Shown here: positions 1-10,086 of the stretch, piece after piece
Layout: the number at the start of each line of letters is the position of its first letter
How positions within the stretch are numbered: position 1 is the first letter of the stretch
Source of the DNA: Oscillospiraceae bacterium
Lineage (GTDB): Bacteria > Bacillota > Clostridia > Oscillospirales > Oscillospiraceae
Length of the DNA stretch: 64,000 nt
Direction of reading: 5' to 3'
NCBI GenBank assembly: GCA_015067945.1
Contig: SVLM01000004.1
Location: 37,814 to 101,813, forward strand
Position numbers and translations under genes: made by a program
Notes under the pieces: generated by a model
Database searches by the model: none
What the model was told of the DNA's origin: nothing
What the model saw: only the letters and a program-made list of their open reading frames with translations

Positions 1-79
1 AGCATTCTTCACATTCCTCCATATATGTATCCTTTTAGATTCTTACGGCGGCAGGTACCATCGTACCTGCCTGTTTTTT

Positions 80-109
80 GCCGTTGGACGGAAAATCCAT
101 ACCGATTGG
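80..109 (+). promoter_or_regulatory. Probable LytTR-binding direct repeat
   Basis: GCCGTTGGA (80-88) and ACCGATTGG (101-109): 9-bp boxes with a 12-bp spacer, resembling the LytTR consensus, just upstream of a LytTR gene. Confidence 0.55.
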
Positions 110-169
110 ATCATTTTGCTACATTTTTGTTTTTGTATGTGTTAGAATACCCTTGCAGGAGGTGAGACG

Positions 170-613
170 ATGAAATTCAAGCTCATCATAGACAAAGAAA
201 AGGACGAAGAAGTCGTGGTAACCGCTCACAATCGTACCGCACTGACCGATGAGATGGAGGCACTGGTTTTGAAGCACACAGGCAGTGACCGAATTCCCGG
301 CTATACCGAGGATGAAATCAAAATGCTGACCCCTTCGGAAATTGAATGCGTGACGGTTTTGGACGGAAAGACCTACGCCATCGATGTCAAAAATCACAGG
401 TATCGGCTGAAGCTGCGGCTGTATGAACTGGAGCAAAGGCTCCCATCGTCCTTCATTCGCATCAACAAAAGTACATTGGCAAATGAAAACCGACTGGAGC
501 GGTTTGCGGTTACCTACAGCGGTGCGGTGGACGCAGTTTTTAAATGTGGATATCGGGAGTATGTGTCCCGGCGGTGCTTTGCACAAATTAAAAGGAGGTT
601 TGAAGCACAATGA
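170..613 (+). CDS. LytTR-family DNA-binding regulator without receiver domain
   Basis: RBS AGGAGGT; motifs LYELEQRL..FIRINKS..N and EYVSRR. Confidence 0.9.
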   Translation: MKFKLIIDKEKDEEVVVTAHNRTALTDEMEALVLKHTGSDRIPGYTEDEIKMLTPSEIECVTVLDGKTYAIDVKNHRYRLKLRLYELEQRLPSSFIRINKSTLANENRLERFAVTYSGAVDAVFKCGYREYVSRRCFAQIKRRFEAQ

Positions 614-1032
614 GGAAGTTTTGGAAAGAATTTTTATTCCGGGGGCTGATCTGTGCCGCAGGCGGTCCCGTGGTTCTGGCAATCATCTACGGCATTCTGG
701 GGGCCACCGGAACCGTGGAGCATTTCTTACCCGGCGAGGTTTGCACCGGCATTCTCACGATTACCCTGCTGGCATTTTCTGTGGCGGGCATGACTGCCGT
801 CTATCAAATGGAGCAGCTACCCCTTCCCATTATGATCCTGCTTCACGGTGGGGTGCTGTATCTGACCTACATTCTTACCTATCTGCTCAATGGCTGGCTG
901 CAAAATTCGCTGATTCCCATTTTGGTGTTCTCCGGAATTTTCATTGCAGGATATGCTATCATTTGGCTCATAATTTATTGTGTTGAGAAATTCAAAACGG
1001 AGAAGTTAAACAAAATGCTCAGCAATCCATAA
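610..1032 (+). CDS. DUF3021-family membrane protein, partner of the LytTR regulator
   Basis: ATGA overlap with the LytTR gene; about 4 TM segments; C-terminal KLNKML. Confidence 0.8.
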   Translation: MRKFWKEFLFRGLICAAGGPVVLAIIYGILGATGTVEHFLPGEVCTGILTITLLAFSVAGMTAVYQMEQLPLPIMILLHGGVLYLTYILTYLLNGWLQNSLIPILVFSGIFIAGYAIIWLIIYCVEKFKTEKLNKMLSNP

Positions 1033-1034
1033 GT

Positions 1035-1068
1035 AAAAAAGTGCGTTGCGACTGCAACGCACTTTTTT
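1035..1068. terminator. Bidirectional intrinsic terminator
   Basis: AAAAAAGTGCGTTGC-gact-GCAACGCACTTTTTT between convergent genes. Confidence 0.85.
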
Positions 1069-1276
1069 ACTGCTCATAGTCCGTTTCGTAACTGCCGGCG
1101 GGAAGAATATGTCCGCAGGAGCAGGCTTCATCGGCGGCCAGCGTACCGGTCTTACCGATGGGACCGCCCATCAGGACGAACACTTCCACATATTCGCCGC
1201 ACTTGGGGCATTTGACTTCTGTTAGCCGGGGCGTTCCCTTCCCTTCCTGACATCCGTTGATTAACATTTTTCTCAC
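1067..1276 (-). CDS. Small zinc-ribbon protein
   Basis: CPKCG ... CSCG; overlaps the stop of the upstream gene. Confidence 0.7.
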   Translation of the reverse strand: MRKMLINGCQEGKGTPRLTEVKCPKCGEYVEVFVLMGGPIGKTGTLAADEACSCGHILPAGSYETDYEQ

Positions 1277-1566
1277 ACTCCGTACTTATTCAAATCCACA
1301 GTTCCGTTTTCTTCAAAAACAACGCCCTCGTTTTCCAGTCGTTTCCTATGGGCTTCTGCTCCACCGAAGGCGTAATGTTCCGCCACCTTTCCCCTGCTGT
1401 TCACAACACGGTGGCAAGGATACTGGGTTGGATCGGGGTTATCGTGGAGAACATTTCCGACAGCTCGGGCGTAATGCCGATTGCCTAAGCGGACAGCGAT
1501 CCGACCGTAGGTAGTTACCTTTCCTTTAGGGATTGTTTTTAAGTAGGCATAAACTTTTTCTTTCAT
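1273..1566 (-). CDS. MGMT/Ogt-family O6-alkylguanine DNA alkyltransferase (C-terminal domain only)
   Basis: IPKGKVTTYG, ARAVG and PCHRV active-site motif. Confidence 0.9.
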   Translation of the reverse strand: MKEKVYAYLKTIPKGKVTTYGRIAVRLGNRHYARAVGNVLHDNPDPTQYPCHRVVNSRGKVAEHYAFGGAEAHRKRLENEGVVFEENGTVDLNKYGV

Positions 1567-1569
1567 AGC

Positions 1570-2235
1570 TCACCAGATAAACGGAATGATTCTATACTTG
1601 ACTTTCCGCTGATACTCTGCATAGCCCGGCAGTTCCCGGGTCAGCAGTTCTTCCTCGTCTCTTAGGCGGACAATGATGATCACCGGATAAAACGCAAATG
1701 CGATCAGGGCATACCAGGAGCCAAGGATCAGGGGGATCATCAAAAACAGCAGAATGGTAGTCATGTACATGGGATGGCGAACGACGCCATATAACTCGGT
1801 ATCCACCACGGTTTGCCCTTCCTCGACCTTGATCGTACGGCTAAGGTAAGCGTTTTCACGCATGACCTCAGCATAGAGAGCATAGGCAATCAAAAACAGC
1901 ACTGACCCGGTGATGACCACCCAGGTGGGCATCTGCGACCAGCCAAAGCGGTAGTCCAATCCCGCCACCACAAAACCGGCGATGAACATCAGGCCGGAGA
2001 AGGCCAGTACGCCTTTTTGCGTGGCCTGCTTTTCCTTGGCATCCAGCCGTTTTTCCAAAAATGCCGGGGATTTGAACAGCATGACAAAGCCGGCGATGAG
2101 CATGGGAACAAACAGCATACCCATAAACAGCCAGCCCCCGGCATAGTGCAGCGTACCGGCAGGCAGGAAGATCAGCAGCCCCACCAGCAGCAAGCCGCAG
2201 GTAAATTTTGTCAGTGCGCTGAGCAGCAGCTTCAT
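1570..2235 (-). CDS. Isoprenylcysteine carboxyl methyltransferase (ICMT/PEMT) family membrane protein
   Basis: YGVVRHPMY, EEELL, YAEY..KVKYRIIP; multiple TM segments. Confidence 0.85.
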   Translation of the reverse strand: MKLLLSALTKFTCGLLLVGLLIFLPAGTLHYAGGWLFMGMLFVPMLIAGFVMLFKSPAFLEKRLDAKEKQATQKGVLAFSGLMFIAGFVVAGLDYRFGWSQMPTWVVITGSVLFLIAYALYAEVMRENAYLSRTIKVEEGQTVVDTELYGVVRHPMYMTTILLFLMIPLILGSWYALIAFAFYPVIIIVRLRDEEELLTRELPGYAEYQRKVKYRIIPFIW

Positions 2236-2248
2236 GTGTTTTCTCCTT

Positions 2249-2938
2249 TTACAGCATTACGCTGCCGATGTAGATATATCCCAGAACTGTGGGAGAATTC
2301 TCTGCCTTGAAGAAGCGGAAGGTTTCCCCATTTGCCACATACAGATGTGCCAGTGCGATGCCTGCATCCAGGCGGTTGCCTTTCTTGCTGCAATAGACAT
2401 GGATATTGTCACCTTCATGCGTGAAATACCAGGGCTGACTGTTGACCGCGGAAGGGGCCAGCCGGGCAGGTTCCAGCCCGGGATCAACCTGGTCTGCGAT
2501 TTGTTCCGGAGTCCTCCGCTTGAAGCCCTTTAATTCATAGCGCAGCTGGTCGCCCTTGGGGTGACCAAACGCCATCATGATGACAAACTGCATGCCCTCT
2601 GTTTTATGGACGGTCTTGGGATTCATCCTTCCCATGCCAAGCCAGCAAACGCCCAGGCCTATGCTCTGCAGATACAGATCCATCTGCTGAAACAGGAAAC
2701 CCACATTTTCCAGCCAGCCATCGGTTTCCTCAGAATAAATGGTGATCAGCTGCGGTGTGGTCCAGGGGCAGATGCACTTAACCTGATTTCTGGAAACGAT
2801 ATCCCAATGGACTTTTATTTCCGGATACAGCGGCTTCATGGAGAAAGCCTTAATGTTTTCGATCGTTGCCTCATCTACCGGAATACCTGTAAAACTACGG
2901 CAGGATTTACGCTTGTAGATCATTTCATTCAAGGTCAT
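2249..2938 (-). CDS. Nitroreductase-family protein
   Basis: KRKSCRSF, GLGVCWLG, ARLAPSAVNSQPW. Confidence 0.85.
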   Translation of the reverse strand: MTLNEMIYKRKSCRSFTGIPVDEATIENIKAFSMKPLYPEIKVHWDIVSRNQVKCICPWTTPQLITIYSEETDGWLENVGFLFQQMDLYLQSIGLGVCWLGMGRMNPKTVHKTEGMQFVIMMAFGHPKGDQLRYELKGFKRRTPEQIADQVDPGLEPARLAPSAVNSQPWYFTHEGDNIHVYCSKKGNRLDAGIALAHLYVANGETFRFFKAENSPTVLGYIYIGSVML

Positions 2939-3246
2939 ACATTTTCCTCCAATGCCTCGATATAAAAGCTCACGGGACGAAAGCCGTCGTTACAGCTGAG
3001 CATCGCCGAATAGGGATTTTTCATCCAGCCGTCATAGAAATTGCCGCCACCCTGTGCCAATGCTTTGACGAAGGCAGACACGCTGTCCCAGGCACTGTCG
3101 CAGAAGTTTTCCGGTTTTTCACCGTCGACGCTGATCCAGGTCATACCCTCTTCCGCATCGCAGGCGTGGGAAATGGGATTTTCGTACTGTGCCATCAGGT
3201 CGGGATAGCAGGCCTTCCGAATGGCTGTGATTTTTACATTTTTCAC
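2935..3246 (-). CDS. TIGR04076-family protein (GTG start)
   Basis: VKITAIRK..YENP..C..KPENFCDSAW..SCNDGFRPVSF; start overlaps the rhodanese stop. Confidence 0.75.
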   Translation of the reverse strand: MKNVKITAIRKACYPDLMAQYENPISHACDAEEGMTWISVDGEKPENFCDSAWDSVSAFVKALAQGGGNFYDGWMKNPYSAMLSCNDGFRPVSFYIEALEENV

Positions 3247-3632
3247 CGTTCCACCTCGTATGGCCAGTCCAGAATGCCGCCAAACTCTTTGATATTTGTA
3301 TAACCAAGCTCGATCAGAATTTGAGAGGCCTCCTTGCTTCGGCGACCGCTGCGGCAATAGACCAAGATCTGCTGCTCCTTGTCCGGCAAAACTGTCTGAG
3401 CCTTATTCTGCACATCATCCAACGGCAGCAGCACTGCATCCGGAATATGCCCCTGGGCATATTCTTCTTGTGTGCGTACATCCAAAATGATGTAGCCTTC
3501 CTCTCGATCCATGATCTCCTTTGCTTGCTCTGCTGTAATATTCATATACACTGCCTCCTGGTGAATCTTTTTTTCTTGCCCGCAGGCTGTCAGTAATAGT
3601 GTTGCCAGAAATATGAAAATCAGTTTTTTCAT
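3243..3632 (-). CDS. Rhodanese-like lipoprotein
   Basis: Lipobox LTAC; LDVRT.EEY..GHIP; YCRSGRRS. Confidence 0.9.
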   Translation of the reverse strand: MKKLIFIFLATLLLTACGQEKKIHQEAVYMNITAEQAKEIMDREEGYIILDVRTQEEYAQGHIPDAVLLPLDDVQNKAQTVLPDKEQQILVYCRSGRRSKEASQILIELGYTNIKEFGGILDWPYEVER

Positions 3633-3768
3633 AGACATTTACCTCTTGTCTTATTATAGCACGAAAAAATAGCACTTGCAATGACTTTGAACACTATAAT
3701 TCTCTTGACTTATAACCACAAACGCAGGTATACTTAACCTATCCATCAAACGAAAAGGAGTATGTATC

Positions 3769-5193
3769 ATGGCTAAAAACATTCAGGATGTACTTGCGTT
3801 TATCAAAGAAAAGGACATCAAGATGGTCGACTTCAAAATGGTCGATATCAACGGCCAATACCGCCACGTGACGATCCCTGCCGAAAACTTTTCTGAGGAC
3901 ACGCTGAAAAGCGGTATCGGATTTGACGCATCCAATTACGGCTATGCCGTTGTGGAAAAGAGCGACATGGTGTTCATCCCCGATCCGGACACCGCTATGA
4001 TCGATCCGTTCTGCTCCATCCCTACCCTGACCATGACCGGCAACGCTATGATCATCGATCATCCGGAGAACCGGCCTTTGGCTCAGTACCCCCGGAACAT
4101 CATCAAGGCGGCTGTGGCCTATATGAAGGACTGCGGCGTGGCTGACGAGATGAAGATCCTGCCGGAGTTTGAATTTTATCTGTTTGACGATGTGACCTGG
4201 GGTGTGGGCGGCAACTATGTGGGTGCCTCTGTGGACGCAAAGCAGTCCTACTGGAACAGTGAGATCGAGGGCAAGGGCGTAGTCGTTCCCAAGCAGAAGA
4301 ACTACCACATTGCCAAGCCCTTTGATACCTCCTACGAGTGCCGCAGTGAAATGTGCATGCATATGCTGGATGCCGGCATTGAGATCAACTACCATCATCC
4401 GGAGGTGGCTGCCAGCGGTCAGTATGAGATCGAGCCCCAGCTGGGCGAAGTGGTACACATGGCGGATGCCACTATGATGATTAAGTACATCATTCACAAC
4501 ACCGCACTGAAATACGGCAAGAGTGCCACCTTCATGCCCAAGCCCATTTACGGTGAGGCCGGCAGCGGTATGCACGTACATATGATCCTATTCAAAGATG
4601 GCGTTCCCGTATTCTCAGATGACAACGGCTACGCACACTTGAGTGAAACGGCACACTACTTTATGGGCGGCATTTTAAAGCACATTGCTTCTCTGTGTGC
4701 CATCACCAACCCCAGCACCAACTCCTTCAAGCGGCTGGTGCCCGGCTTCGAAGCTCCGGTGACTGTGGGCTACGCAACCTCCAACAGAAGTGCAGTTATC
4801 CGGATTCCCGCTTACGCAAAGAGCCCCGAAAAGCGGCGTTTTGAGCTGCGGAATCCTGACGCAACCTGCAACCCCTACTTCTGCTACGCTGCTATTTTGA
4901 TGGCAGGTCTGGACGGTGTGAAGAACAAGATCGATCCTGCCGCCAATGGCTGGGGTCCCTACGACTTCAATCTGTTCCATCTTTCCGACGAGGAGAAGGC
5001 AAAACTGCAGCAGCTGCCCACCCGGCTGGAGGATGCTCTGGATGCACTGGAGGCTGATCACGATTACCTGACCGTGGGCGGAGTATTCCCCGAGGAGCTG
5101 CTGAAAAACTTCATTAAGACCAAGCGGGCCGAGTGCAGTGAGATGTCCAAAATCCCCCACCCTGCGGAGTTTGATAAGTACTATAATTTGTAA
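3769..5193 (+). CDS. glnA: Glutamine synthetase type I
   Basis: FDAS, PEFEFYLF, HHPEV, ATFMPKP..GEAGSGMHVH, NRSAVIRIP, ELRNPDATCNPY. Confidence 0.97.
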   Translation: MAKNIQDVLAFIKEKDIKMVDFKMVDINGQYRHVTIPAENFSEDTLKSGIGFDASNYGYAVVEKSDMVFIPDPDTAMIDPFCSIPTLTMTGNAMIIDHPENRPLAQYPRNIIKAAVAYMKDCGVADEMKILPEFEFYLFDDVTWGVGGNYVGASVDAKQSYWNSEIEGKGVVVPKQKNYHIAKPFDTSYECRSEMCMHMLDAGIEINYHHPEVAASGQYEIEPQLGEVVHMADATMMIKYIIHNTALKYGKSATFMPKPIYGEAGSGMHVHMILFKDGVPVFSDDNGYAHLSETAHYFMGGILKHIASLCAITNPSTNSFKRLVPGFEAPVTVGYATSNRSAVIRIPAYAKSPEKRRFELRNPDATCNPYFCYAAILMAGLDGVKNKIDPAANGWGPYDFNLFHLSDEEKAKLQQLPTRLEDALDALEADHDYLTVGGVFPEELLKNFIKTKRAECSEMSKIPHPAEFDKYYNL

Positions 5194-5219
5194 TAATAGC
5201 ACTGCATAAGAACATGATC

Positions 5220-5540
5220 GTAGGGGCGATTCACGAATCAACCGCAACGCCTTCCCCTTGAGGGGAAGGTGGCACGGCAAAGCCGTGACGGATGAGGTGT
5301 AGCCGCAAGGCGGCGTACACAATGTTTTACACCACATCAGTCACCTACGGTGACAGCTTCTCCTCAAGGAGAAGCCTTGGGTGCTGTCGCACCAGTTAGA
5401 CAAATAAGAAATTTGTCAAATAGTTAACCGCCGCACCGTGATTCTCGGTGCGGCGGTCGTATTTTGAGTGAATGACCCAAAGGCCAGCTATGCCCTTCGA
5501 TAAATATTTCTGTTTCGGGCGATTCGTGAATCGCCCCTAC
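5220..5540. repeat. Composite REP region: inverted GTAG-type REP pair enclosing a second palindromic element (5249-5377) and a terminator (5427-5457)
   Basis: GTAGGGGCGATTCACGAATC at 5220 and GGGCGATTCGTGAATCGCCCCTAC ending at 5540; inner CCTTCCCCTTGAGGGGAAGG...CTTCTCCTCAAGGAGAAG. Confidence 0.75.
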
Positions 5541-5551
5541 GGTAACAAGCC

Positions 5552-6118
5552 CTATATTTGTGCGTTTAATTCCTTGATCTTCTCCCGGATGGAGAGCAGA
5601 TCGTCAAAGGTTTCCGGGCGTTTGGTCACATCCCGGAGAAGTGCCGAGGGGTGATAGATGGCGGTCATCCAAATGCCGTCCTTTTCTACCCACTGACCGT
5701 GTTCCCGGGTAATGCGGTAGTCCTCCCGGATGATCCGCATGGCGGCGATTCTGCCAAGACAGACAATGATCTTCGGCCGGATCAGCTGGATCTGGTTTCG
5801 CAGATACGCAATGCAGGCATCCTGCTCGGTTTCCAGCGGATCCCGGTTATGAGGTGGACGACATTTGACAATATTGGCGATATAGCAGTTGTGTTTTCTG
5901 TCCAGATCGATGATCCGCAGCATATCGTCCAAAAGCTTACCGGCAGCCCCTACAAAGGGCTCGCCCTTAAGATCCTCCTGCTCGCCGGGACCTTCACCGA
6001 TGAACATCACATCTGCTTCCCGATTACCCACGCCAAAGACCACCGTATGCCGGCCCTCGCACAGGCCACAGCCGGTGCAGGCTGTGCAGGTTTGTTCCAA
6101 TGTATTCCAATCCATCAT
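5552..6118 (-). CDS. Uracil-DNA glycosylase family 4 (Fe-S)
   Basis: [40 protein letters not shown]. Confidence 0.93.
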   Translation of the reverse strand: MMDWNTLEQTCTACTGCGLCEGRHTVVFGVGNREADVMFIGEGPGEQEDLKGEPFVGAAGKLLDDMLRIIDLDRKHNCYIANIVKCRPPHNRDPLETEQDACIAYLRNQIQLIRPKIIVCLGRIAAMRIIREDYRITREHGQWVEKDGIWMTAIYHPSALLRDVTKRPETFDDLLSIREKIKELNAQI

Positions 6119-7539
6119 TACCGACTCCTCCGGCGGTTGATTCTTCTGCTGCGGCGACGGGCGTTGCGTTTGAGCTTACGGGCGTAGTGCAGGATTACCA
6201 ATACTGCAACCACCAGCACTGCCAGACCCAAAATCACCAAAAGAACGATACCGGCAATGCCCCACAGACCCAATTCCGGCTTGACCTCTGCCCGGGGATG
6301 CTGTACCGGCTCCTGCCATACCGCAACGGCGTTGATGGCCACAAGCTCCGTCTGTGCCAGGCATTTGGAGCCATACCACACCTGCAGGGTGGCGATGGCC
6401 TGTCCCTTCTCCACCGGAGCAGTCAGAGTTACTGTATTGCTATAAACCCAGCTCAGCTGACTCTGATCCATATTCAGCGGCAGCACCGTGCCACCGACAT
6501 GGGCAGGCTGTACCACTGCACTGTTCGCACCTCCGGAAACCGGGTACTGGGTAATGACCTGGCCTTCATAAAACAGCTGGCGATATTCGTAATTTTCGAT
6601 CACATGGTCAAGCAGCACGGCAGTTTCTTCAAAGCTGCCGTAGGTCGCCAGGGAGATGCCCGGAATCTCATAGGTGGGCGTAGCATCCATAACGATGGTC
6701 AGAAGTTCCATGCCGCCCCCCTCTGCGGTGGCTACCAAACAGCGGCCGCCGGCATCGGTGGAGCCGGTTTTACCGCCGGTAACACGGGGGTCGTGGTACT
6801 TCTTATTCGCCGGCTGGCTCATCATCAGATTACTGGTGGTGACGGTGCGGGCCTCGCTCTTGTTGGTGGCAGGGATCTCATAGGTCTTCGCGGAAAACAG
6901 CGTGCGGAACAGCTCGTTTTCCAAAGCCGCGTCCGTTAAGCGGCAGATATCCCGGGCTGTGGTGTACATATTGGGGTCGTGGAGGCCGTGGGGATTGGTA
7001 TAGACCGTATCCCTGCACCCCAACTCCGCGGCTTTTTGGTTCATCATGTCCACAAAAGCAGACTGGCTGCCGGCGATGTGCTCAGCGATGACCAGTGCGG
7101 CATCGTTGGCCGACGCGGTCATCAGGCAGTAAAGCAGTTGCTCCAGGGTCAGTTCCTCACCAGCTTGCAGTTTGGCGGTAATTGTGCCAATGGGCAGTTC
7201 CGACAGTGCCCGTTTGGTGACCATCACCTTCTGGGCGGGATCGCCCTTCTCAATTGCCACCAGAGCGGTCATCATTTTCGCTGTGCTGGTGGGGTATATC
7301 TGCTGATCCGGGTTCCAGGCGTAGATCATGGTGTCGCTCTTACGCTCGTAGACAATGGCAGCCTTTGCCGTATCTGTCAGTTTCTTTCCATCCGTCAGCT
7401 GCATGGCGGCATCCACGCTATGGCAGCCACCGGTTACCGACTGGTCTACATAGGTCGGCTCAGCCAGTGCCGGGCCGGGAATGGTCACCAGCAGCATGAT
7501 AATTGCAAAAAATAGGCATAACGCCCGGTTTTTTTTCAT
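6118..7539 (-). CDS. D-alanyl-D-alanine carboxypeptidase (peptidase S11)
   Basis: Signal peptide; STAK, SAN and KTG motifs; C-terminal TM with basic tail. Confidence 0.92.
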   Translation of the reverse strand: MKKNRALCLFFAIIMLLVTIPGPALAEPTYVDQSVTGGCHSVDAAMQLTDGKKLTDTAKAAIVYERKSDTMIYAWNPDQQIYPTSTAKMMTALVAIEKGDPAQKVMVTKRALSELPIGTITAKLQAGEELTLEQLLYCLMTASANDAALVIAEHIAGSQSAFVDMMNQKAAELGCRDTVYTNPHGLHDPNMYTTARDICRLTDAALENELFRTLFSAKTYEIPATNKSEARTVTTSNLMMSQPANKKYHDPRVTGGKTGSTDAGGRCLVATAEGGGMELLTIVMDATPTYEIPGISLATYGSFEETAVLLDHVIENYEYRQLFYEGQVITQYPVSGGANSAVVQPAHVGGTVLPLNMDQSQLSWVYSNTVTLTAPVEKGQAIATLQVWYGSKCLAQTELVAINAVAVWQEPVQHPRAEVKPELGLWGIAGIVLLVILGLAVLVVAVLVILHYARKLKRNARRRSRRINRRRSR

Positions 7540-7655
7540 ATTTCTCCCTCAATATTCCATAACCGGACTTGTCCGGCAGTAAAAATTCGTGTATAATACT
7601 CAAGTAGTATTATAGCAAGCTTTTCTTGTCTCGTCAATGTGGGAGGATGCTACTT

Positions 7656-7991
7656 ATGAAAAAAACGGTGCTTTGGTGCCTGCTGTTGATCTGCTGCACC
7701 TGCCTTGCCCTGACCGGCGGGTTTTTCATCGGCAGAAATCAAAATCACACGGTAGTTGTGGTCGACCATCTGCCTGCCGACACTTCCGACTACGGAAAGG
7801 TGAACATCAACACCGCAAATGCCGAAGTTTTGCAGACCCTTCCGGGCATTAGTGAAGAGCTTGCAGATCGAATCATTCTGTATCGCCAGACTCACGGCAG
7901 CTTTGCCACCGTAGGCGATCTGACGCAGGTCAAAGGTATCGGCACAGAAATATTACGGGACATTCTTGATCTTATCACCGCAGGAGGTTAA
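7656..7991 (+). CDS. ComEA-like membrane-anchored helix-hairpin-helix DNA-binding protein
   Basis: N-terminal TM; KVNINTA..LQTLPGI..A.RI..YR..HG.F..L.QVKGIG. Confidence 0.85.
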   Translation: MKKTVLWCLLLICCTCLALTGGFFIGRNQNHTVVVVDHLPADTSDYGKVNINTANAEVLQTLPGISEELADRIILYRQTHGSFATVGDLTQVKGIGTEILRDILDLITAGG

Positions 7992-7994
7992 GCT

Positions 7995-8672
7995 ATGAAG
8001 ATTTTGGTTGTAGATGACGAGGAGCTGCTGGTAAAGGGCATTCGCTTTAACCTGCAGAATGAAGGCTATGAGGTCATTACCGGCTGTAACGGACTGGAAG
8101 CCATCCAAGCCGTGCAGAATCAATCACCTGACCTGGTGGTGCTGGATGTGATGATGCCGGAAATGGACGGCCTGACCGCCTGCTCCAAGATCCGCAGCTT
8201 TTCCAATGTGCCCATCATCCTGCTGACAGCAAAGGTGGCAGATATGGACAAGCTCATGGGCTTTGATCAGGGTGCAGATGACTATCTGACCAAGCCCTTC
8301 AATATTTTGGAGCTGAAGGCCCGGATCCGGGCACTGCTCCGCCGCTCCGGTGCAGATGATAAAAAGTCCTCCAATCAGCTGACCATCGGCACGATTTCGT
8401 TGGACCTCGACAGCCGCAATGCATACAAAGCAGGACAGCTGGTGGAGCTGACTGCCAAAGAATTCGATGTGATCGAATTTTTGATGCGAAATCCCAACCG
8501 GGTCTACTCCCGGGAGGGTCTGCTCGATACCATTTGGGCCTACGAATATCGCAGCGACATCCGCACGGTGGATGTGCACATCCGACGGCTTCGGGAAAAG
8601 CTGGAAGAAAATCCCGCAGAGCCGAACTATATTATGACGAAGTGGGGCGTTGGCTATTATTTCCGAAAGTAA
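7995..8672 (+). CDS. OmpR-family response regulator
   Basis: ILVVDDE, LDVMMP, GADDYLTKPF, RTVDVHIRRLREK, WGVGY. Confidence 0.96.
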   Translation: MKILVVDDEELLVKGIRFNLQNEGYEVITGCNGLEAIQAVQNQSPDLVVLDVMMPEMDGLTACSKIRSFSNVPIILLTAKVADMDKLMGFDQGADDYLTKPFNILELKARIRALLRRSGADDKKSSNQLTIGTISLDLDSRNAYKAGQLVELTAKEFDVIEFLMRNPNRVYSREGLLDTIWAYEYRSDIRTVDVHIRRLREKLEENPAEPNYIMTKWGVGYYFRK

Positions 8673-10086
8673 CCGTTCCGCCAGCCGCTTTCGCGGCAGC
8701 AACCATATGCGTTATGCATTGGTGTATATCACCATTACCGCAATCGTACTGGTATTCCTGAATATATACTGCTCCGCTACCAGCCAGAAGCTCTTCTATC
8801 AGGGCAAGCAGACTTCCATGATCGAAAAATGTCTGCTTGCGTCTGCTGAAATCGGTCAGTTGGATGTCCTGAATCCCACCACCGCCTCCACCGCCGTTGC
8901 ACAGATGGGCAGCCTGAAGGTCTCCCGGCTGATTATCACCGATCAATCCGGTTTGGTGGTCTACGATTCTGCCGGTTCTGCAGCCAGCTATGCCCTGCTG
9001 CCGGAAATTGTACGGGCAATGGACGGAAACAATGTGTTTTCATGGCAGTATCACAACGGTGCCATGCGTTCGTGTGCCGCTGCACCGATTTATTCCTACG
9101 GTGTGGTTACAGGCTGTGTATACATGATGGAATACGACACCCAGCAGGGCGGTCTGATCAAATCCTTACAGCAAAATATTCTTACCGTAACCATTATATT
9201 GGAAGTATTGGTTATTTTATCGTCAGTTGCCTTCTCGCTGGTGTTCTCCGGACGGATTCGCAGAATCATGGCATCCATGCGGATCATCGGTGCCGGCAAC
9301 TACACCCAAAAGCTGGAAATGGATGGCAGTGATGAGCTGGCCTTTTTGGCCGACGAGGTCAACAAATTGACCCAGCAGCTGCACATTTCCGAGACTAAAC
9401 GAAGCAATTTTGTCTCTGACGCATCCCACGAGCTAAAAACACCGCTGGCATCCATCAAGCTACTGTCCGATTCTATTTTGCAGAACGATATGGACATGGA
9501 GACTGTGCGGGAGTTCGTCGAAGATATCGGCAACGAGGCAGACAGGCTCAACCGCATGACCCAAAAGCTTTTGTCCCTATCCCGGATTGAAAGCCAGCAG
9601 GATGGCGACTGCGAGATCATCCACCTGACCCCCACGCTGCAAAAGGTGGAGCGGATGCTCTCGGGCATTGCACAAAAGAATCAGATCAGCCTGAAGCTGG
9701 AGTTGATTCAGGACTGTCCCATTCTGATGCTGGAAGACGATCTGTACCAGATCATTTTTAACCTTGTGGAAAATGGCATTAAATACAACCGCCCCGGCGG
9801 ACGACTGACAATTCGGCTGCATCGGGATGGCGACAATGCAGTGGTGGAGGTCATCGACTCCGGTGTTGGCATCCCGGAGGATGCAGTGGGGCACGTCTTT
9901 GAGCGATTCTTCCGCGTGGATAAGGCCCGTGCCAGAAAATCCGGCGGCAGCGGTCTGGGTCTTGCAATCGTCAAGAGCATGGTGGAGCGTAATGAGGGTA
10001 CCATTCAGGTCCGCAGTTCTCTGGGTGTTGGCTCTACCTTTACCGTCACCTTCCCCGTCTTTGACATTGAGGAGGATTCCCAATGA
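8650..10086 (+). CDS. HAMP-domain sensor histidine kinase (start 8650 or 8707)
   Basis: Two TM segments; SHELKTPL; NLVENGIKYN; DSGVGI; GSGLGLAI. Confidence 0.95.
   Translation: MAIISESNRSASRFRGSNHMRYALVYITITAIVLVFLNIYCSATSQKLFYQGKQTSMIEKCLLASAEIGQLDVLNPTTASTAVAQMGSLKVSRLIITDQSGLVVYDSAGSAASYALLPEIVRAMDGNNVFSWQYHNGAMRSCAAAPIYSYGVVTGCVYMMEYDTQQGGLIKSLQQNILTVTIILEVLVILSSVAFSLVFSGRIRRIMASMRIIGAGNYTQKLEMDGSDELAFLADEVNKLTQQLHISETKRSNFVSDASHELKTPLASIKLLSDSILQNDMDMETVREFVEDIGNEADRLNRMTQKLLSLSRIESQQDGDCEIIHLTPTLQKVERMLSGIAQKNQISLKLELIQDCPILMLEDDLYQIIFNLVENGIKYNRPGGRLTIRLHRDGDNAVVEVIDSGVGIPEDAVGHVFERFFRVDKARARKSGGSGLGLAIVKSMVERNEGTIQVRSSLGVGSTFTVTFPVFDIEEDSQ

Noticed and set aside
1-79. CU-rich anti-SD-like stretch plus hairpin and T-run, suggesting an sRNA 3' end
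   Set aside because: Equally explained as the RBS and ATG (positions 3-5) of a minus-strand gene leaving the window; cannot be resolved at the edge
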